Assembly: GCA_965367815.1 (NCBI GenBank)
Contig: CBDUKN010000001.1
Location: 64,001 to 128,000, forward strand
From: an uncultured Thermoprotei archaeon
GTDB lineage: Archaea; Thermoproteota; Thermoprotei; Thermofilales; B15-G2
Length of the DNA: 64,000 nucleotides
Direction: 5' to 3'
A program made the position numbers and the translations under genes. Every line of letters begins with the position of its first letter. Position 1 is the first letter of the stretch. The notes under the pieces are model-generated. The model saw only the letters and a list, made by a program, of their open reading frames with translations. It made no database searches and was not told the origin of the DNA. This document shows positions 59,481 through 64,000 of this stretch, piece after piece.

Positions 59481-60869
59481 TCAGTCAGCTTTTATACTGA
59501 AATGAGTTAGTATTTTTGGTAATGCTCTTAGAGCTTTAAAGGTTAATGTTCCTTTATTTTTTACAATATCTTTTATTACTCTCTTTGGAGATAGATAGAA
59601 TGAGAAGTATGCCCACTCTAATAAATATTGTATTCGATTAGGAGGAACGTACATATTTTTCATTACAACTTTTGTTGTAGTATAATTCCGCCAGTTCTTA
59701 GTTAATAAGAGATTCTTTGTAACAGCAATATTCCATAACTCTGTTCCTGGATATGGTGTAGCTATAGTAAACTGAGCAAAATCTACATCTAGAAACTTTG
59801 CAAAACGTATGGTTTTCCTCATGTCCTTTTCTTTTTCATATGGAAACCCTATTATGAATGAGCCTAATGTTCTAAGCTTAGCTTTTTTAGCTATTTTCAC
59901 TGCATCAATTGATTGAGTAAGCGTTATGCCTTTTTTTATAAATTTTAATGTTTTTTCCGAACCTGATTCTATTCCAAAATATATAGTATGAGCACCAGCT
60001 TTTTTCATATATACAGCAGTATCTAAATCGAAAGTATCTACTCTGCTTGAAGCTGACCAAGAAATATCTAGCCCTTCTTGTATTATAGCTTTAGATATTT
60101 CTTGTACCCTCTTTTTACTTAAAGTAAACGTATCATCTAAAAATTCTATCTCTCTAATTTTAAATTCATCATGTAAGATTTTTAATTCTTCAACAACTCT
60201 TTCTACACTATGTGCTCTCCATTTCTTTCCAAATTGTAGGGAAGAAGAACAAAATATACATTGAAATGGGCATCCCCTAGAGGTAATAATTACGCCAAAT
60301 CTTTTTTTATTGAACTGATACTTTTCCATAGGCAATAGATCAAAAGCTGGAATAGGTATATTATCGATATCTTTTATTAAAGGCATAGGAGGATTACTTC
60401 TAATTCTATTATTTTCTCTATATGTTATTCCTCGTATATTTGACAATTTCTTTCCTTTATCCAAATTATGTAAAAGCTGTTTAAATATTTCTTCTCCTTC
60501 ACCCCTTACTACTATATCAATATAGGGTGACTCTTTTAATGTAAGCTCTGGTACAAATGTTACATGGGGTCCTCCTATCACTGTTATAACGTTAGGATTT
60601 ATTCTCTTAGAAATTTCAGCAACTTTGTAGGCGTCAGGAATTGACGTTGTGGTTGAAGTAATTCCCACAACATCTGGATCATATTCTTTTATTTTTTTCT
60701 CAAGTTCATTAAAAGAAAGATTTTCAGCCAATGAATCTATTATCTTTACATCAAATCCCTCATTTCTTGCTACAGATGCTAAATAAGCAAGCCCAAGCGG
60801 AGGACTTACCGTGTTAAGTACCTTTTTTATATCTGTTGCTGTTGGAGGTTCGATCAACAGCACTTTCAC
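59481..60869 (-). CDS. Cobalamin-binding radical SAM protein
   Basis: PPLGLAYLAS, IGGPHVT, TSRGCPFQCIFC, GIESGS, ATPYPGT; more AT-rich than core genes. Confidence 0.92.
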   Translation of the reverse strand: MKVLLIEPPTATDIKKVLNTVSPPLGLAYLASVARNEGFDVKIIDSLAENLSFNELEKKIKEYDPDVVGITSTTTSIPDAYKVAEISKRINPNVITVIGGPHVTFVPELTLKESPYIDIVVRGEGEEIFKQLLHNLDKGKKLSNIRGITYRENNRIRSNPPMPLIKDIDNIPIPAFDLLPMEKYQFNKKRFGVIITSRGCPFQCIFCSSSLQFGKKWRAHSVERVVEELKILHDEFKIREIEFLDDTFTLSKKRVQEISKAIIQEGLDISWSASSRVDTFDLDTAVYMKKAGAHTIYFGIESGSEKTLKFIKKGITLTQSIDAVKIAKKAKLRTLGSFIIGFPYEKEKDMRKTIRFAKFLDVDFAQFTIATPYPGTELWNIAVTKNLLLTKNWRNYTTTKVVMKNMYVPPNRIQYLLEWAYFSFYLSPKRVIKDIVKNKGTLTFKALRALPKILTHFSIKAD

Positions 60870-61588
60870 TCACATAACGCCATTTTTTAAAAATTCTTGG
60901 ACTAGTTTATATAATTAACTTCCTTGGTTTTAGATAGAATACTTTCCATGCAACGTCTATGTACTTTTATATTTAAGAGACTCAAAGCTCGAGCTAATTT
61001 TCACAGATGAGCAGGTAGTATAAGTGTTCTACTAGCGTCAATAACTCGACCGGTAAAATACATTACTGCAGTCTTCTCGATGCTTAATCTATACCTGTAT
61101 TACTCTATTTCCTCTATGAGGTGCAAAAGCGCAAGTGTATAACTTTTTAGCTTGTAGAAAAACAGCTCAGCTTCTTGAGTCTTAGGGGCACTGAATAGCT
61201 TGAGCTTATTTATATCTTTTTCCATGTACAATACTAAACTTTATGTCGTACTTCTTACTCTTAGTCTCAGACTTGCTTAGTGCTCTGGTATATAGATCCT
61301 TGTTATTTCTAACATGTTTTCAAAGCAAGTGTGAAAATCGTGACCAGATTACGATCCCCTTACAAGTACGATAGCTCTAACGGTAGAATGAGAAGTCTAG
61401 GACTTAGCATAGTGTTCAGGGTTTATGAGCTTCGAGGCTTTTCTATCTTTAAAGACATAGCTTACGTGACACTAGCTGTCCTTATTTCCTAGGATTACTT
61501 GGCTAAGGTCGTATACGGCGGAGACCTGAGGTTCCTAGAGACCTATTAATCTCAGAACAAGCTTTAGTGTATTTCATGCTTTATCTAG

Positions 61589-62323
61589 TTAATACTGTTG
61601 TATATTGTTGATTTTATTTTTCACAGTATAGTAGATCCTTTTTCTAAGCCTACCTTTACTCTCGTATTTGAGTAAAATTATTTCACCTATTTCACTTGTA
61701 TTCGCTACATGTGGTCCTCCATCTGCTTGAATGTCTACGTTGGGTATTTCGACTATTCTAAGCTCCTTTACTTGAGGAGGCATGCGTGAAAGCAGCTTAA
61801 CTACTCCTGGTATCTGTAAGGCTTGTTCTCTTGGAAGGAAGTAGATTTTAACCTCTATGCCTTTCTTGGCTATTTCGTTTGCTTTAAGCACTACTTCCTC
61901 AGCTAGTAGTCTACTGAATTTTTCTACTGTAAAGTCTAAACGAGACTCTTCTACGCCTATAGCTCCGCCCGATATCAGTGCATTATATTCTTTGTACATT
62001 ACTGCCGCTAAGATGTGGGCTGCAGTGTGCATTCTCATAATAGTGTATCTTCTTTCCCAGTCGAGCACTCCTTTCACTATGTCTCCTTCGCTAAAATCTA
62101 GCTCTTTTTCGAGGAAGTGTACTACTTCGTTTCCTTCTTTACCGACTTTAATTACACGGTATTCTTTATCTCCATGAATAATTACACCTGTATCGTAGGG
62201 TAGACCTCCTCCTCCTGGGTAAAACGCAGTTTTATCTAAGACTACTTTATTTTCAGCTATTTTAACTACTTTTGCTTTAAACTCTTTTACATAACTATCC
62301 TTAAGGTATAGGAGCTCAGTCAC
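61589..62323 (-). CDS. alaX: Alanyl-tRNA editing protein AlaX (start moved to GTG, MTELLY)
   Basis: TAFYPGGGG, MRMHTAAH, DGGPHV..T.EIG. Confidence 0.9.
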   Translation of the reverse strand: MTELLYLKDSYVKEFKAKVVKIAENKVVLDKTAFYPGGGGLPYDTGVIIHGDKEYRVIKVGKEGNEVVHFLEKELDFSEGDIVKGVLDWERRYTIMRMHTAAHILAAVMYKEYNALISGGAIGVEESRLDFTVEKFSRLLAEEVVLKANEIAKKGIEVKIYFLPREQALQIPGVVKLLSRMPPQVKELRIVEIPNVDIQADGGPHVANTSEIGEIILLKYESKGRLRKRIYYTVKNKINNIQQY

Positions 62324-62385
62324 GAATAAAGGTCGGCTAAAATAAATAAATGGTTTACGTGTTAATAACTTAGGTTCCGCTAAGT

Positions 62386-63156
62386 ATGTGTAAAGTAGAG
62401 ATAACGAGCCTTTATACAAAAGAGCTAAAGGAGCTAGGATTGCTCGGCAAGACAAGAATTTTCTTGAAGAATACTGGAGATTTTCTAGCAGTAACTGCTA
62501 GGGAAAACGAGAGTTTTGTTGTCTACTTGGATCCCCGTGTCCTAAAGTCGAGAGTTTTAAGGAGATACGCGAGATATCTTATTAGACACGAATTCCTCCA
62601 TGTTCTAGACATTTTATCAGGAAAATACGGTACAGATTTCAAGAAGACAGGAGTACCTTTACTCGATGAGTGTATTGAACAGCTCTATTTGGCATATACT
62701 GACTTAATAGCCGACCGAGAATATGTCGAAGTATTTGGCGAAGACGACATAATGTTGTTAGTAGAGTTGTCTTACAACATGGCGAAAAATCTTCTCAGAG
62801 AGGAAGTTTCGTGGCGGACTTTTTTCAGGTCACTGAAGTATGCTGTATCTTGTCTACTATATAGTGAAGGTAGAATAAAGCGCAGTAAAACTTTGCGAAG
62901 ACTATATAACCTTTATCAAATGCTATACAAAGATTTACTTTTAATAGAGAGGTCGGACGGAGACTGGTCTTTTAAGTCAAATCTGCTTGCAACAGAAGCT
63001 CTAGCAGTGCTCTCGCTAGTTGACTTGAAGAGAACGTGGGAAGAGAAAACAGTAGTATTTAGAGAGAATTGGGGTGAATTCATGCTAATTGCTGAGCATT
63101 TAGAGCTTACAGGAGAAGATAATTTCTTCATAAAGATATGGGCTTCGAGAGTATAG
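62386..63156 (+). CDS. Hypothetical protein with HExxH zincin motif
   Basis: YLIRHEFLHVLD preceded by VVYLDP. Confidence 0.6.
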   Translation: MCKVEITSLYTKELKELGLLGKTRIFLKNTGDFLAVTARENESFVVYLDPRVLKSRVLRRYARYLIRHEFLHVLDILSGKYGTDFKKTGVPLLDECIEQLYLAYTDLIADREYVEVFGEDDIMLLVELSYNMAKNLLREEVSWRTFFRSLKYAVSCLLYSEGRIKRSKTLRRLYNLYQMLYKDLLLIERSDGDWSFKSNLLATEALAVLSLVDLKRTWEEKTVVFRENWGEFMLIAEHLELTGEDNFFIKIWASRV

Positions 63157-64000
63157 CTACTCATTTAGTAAGAAAGAGTAGTTTTTCAGCGAAACTAGCA
63201 GTGAATCTAAATCCCATCCAAGTTTTTTCCATGCAAAAAGAAGAGCCCCTACTACAGGCTTAAATAAAGGTTTCTTAAGCTCTATTTTCTTTTTAAAAAC
63301 TTTTCTCAGCATTAATTCGGTTAATTTCGTAAATGTACTTGAATCAAAGAGGCCTCCTTGGCAAAAGATAGTAGAGGAAGATATTCCTGCTTTAATAGCA
63401 ACGCACTTAGCTAATTGAGCTAGTTCTCTACAAGCCTCTCCGATTATTCTGCGGCAATAGACATCTTCTTCAAATAGCTCTAAAGCTATTTTTGCGAGAG
63501 AAGCTATATCAGATACTGTAAGACGGCTATAAGTCAGCTCTACGAGCTCGTCAAGCGTGCTCACATTAAGAAACTCTAGAGTCTTTTCTAAAAGAAGAGA
63601 AGGCTTTTCTCTGCTATCGAGCATTTTTGCTACAGTCTGCAGAACTCTAAGTCCTATCCAGTAGCCTGAGCCTTCGTCGTCGAGTAGATAGCCCAGTCCA
63701 CCGCACCTATAGGTATTTCCAGATGAATCTAAGGCGTAGGCAATTGATCCTGTACCAGCTATAATTAGTATTCCTGGCTTAAAGAGCGTTGAAGAATAAA
63801 GCGCTATTTCAGCGTCCGGCATTATAATAAGCTGTTTCGCTTCAAGTACTCTCGATACAGCTCTAGTAGCTTTCTCTAAGTGCTTTTTTCTCCCAGCTCC
63901 AGCCAAGCCGAGTACTGCTATATCTACTTTGCTTAAGTCCTTTAAAAGAGAACAAATTACTTTAGCTATAGCATCTTCGCTTAAAGTAGCTACATTGCAT
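63157..64000 (-). CDS. BadF/BadG/BcrA/BcrD N-acetylglucosamine kinase-like protein (5' end outside window)
   Basis: LGLAGA, PDAEIAL, IAGTGSIA, GGLGYLLDDEGSGYWIG; frame open to the window edge. Confidence 0.88.
   Translation of the reverse strand, partial: CNVATLSEDAIAKVICSLLKDLSKVDIAVLGLAGAGRKKHLEKATRAVSRVLEAKQLIIMPDAEIALYSSTLFKPGILIIAGTGSIAYALDSSGNTYRCGGLGYLLDDEGSGYWIGLRVLQTVAKMLDSREKPSLLLEKTLEFLNVSTLDELVELTYSRLTVSDIASLAKIALELFEEDVYCRRIIGEACRELAQLAKCVAIKAGISSSTIFCQGGLFDSSTFTKLTELMLRKVFKKKIELKKPLFKPVVGALLFAWKKLGWDLDSLLVSLKNYSFLLNE

Noticed and set aside
2339-63164. Numerous 60-190-aa ORFs antisense to or nested in called genes (e.g. 22754-23326, 41143-41544, 56389-56802)
   Set aside because: Shadow ORFs, Ser/Leu/Phe-rich as expected from antisense reading of Lys/Glu-rich genes, with no motifs

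Overview
Archaeal chromosome segment, most likely from a hyperthermophilic Thermoproteota (Thermoprotei/Thermofilales-like) organism; this is inferred from gene families, GGTGA Shine-Dalgarno motifs, TATA promoters and box C/D sRNAs. Most of the window is housekeeping and carbohydrate catabolism: ileS, ADP-forming acyl-CoA synthetase alpha subunit, XPD-like helicase, TldD, thioredoxin, dtxR-feoA-feoB, GH2, GH172, GH-like TIM barrels, glyoxylate reductase, FGGY kinase, AlaX and a BadF-type kinase. There is also a KaiC-like ATPase with two DUF835 membrane proteins. A decaying accessory island (~4.9-11.4 kb) holds a broken ATPase/nuclease-like pair, three tandem toxin-antitoxin modules (VapC, MazF, RelE) with a repeated GCTCCYTTAATC junction motif, and a frameshifted surface protein. 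A second decayed AT-rich patch lies at ~58.1-61.6 kb. Five box C/D sRNA candidates are visible. The most striking unexplained element is a stand-alone 151-nt GC-rich rod-shaped RNA gene (3904-4054) with its own TATA box and oligo-T terminator. It can form a bulge-helix-bulge-like motif whose predicted cleavage and ligation would give a 122-nt closed circular rod capped by two tetraloops, and it sits tail-to-tail with a PD-(D/E)XK-like gene. No CRISPR array, tRNA, rRNA, integrase or transposase was found. All family assignments come from motif recognition by eye; no database searches were run.
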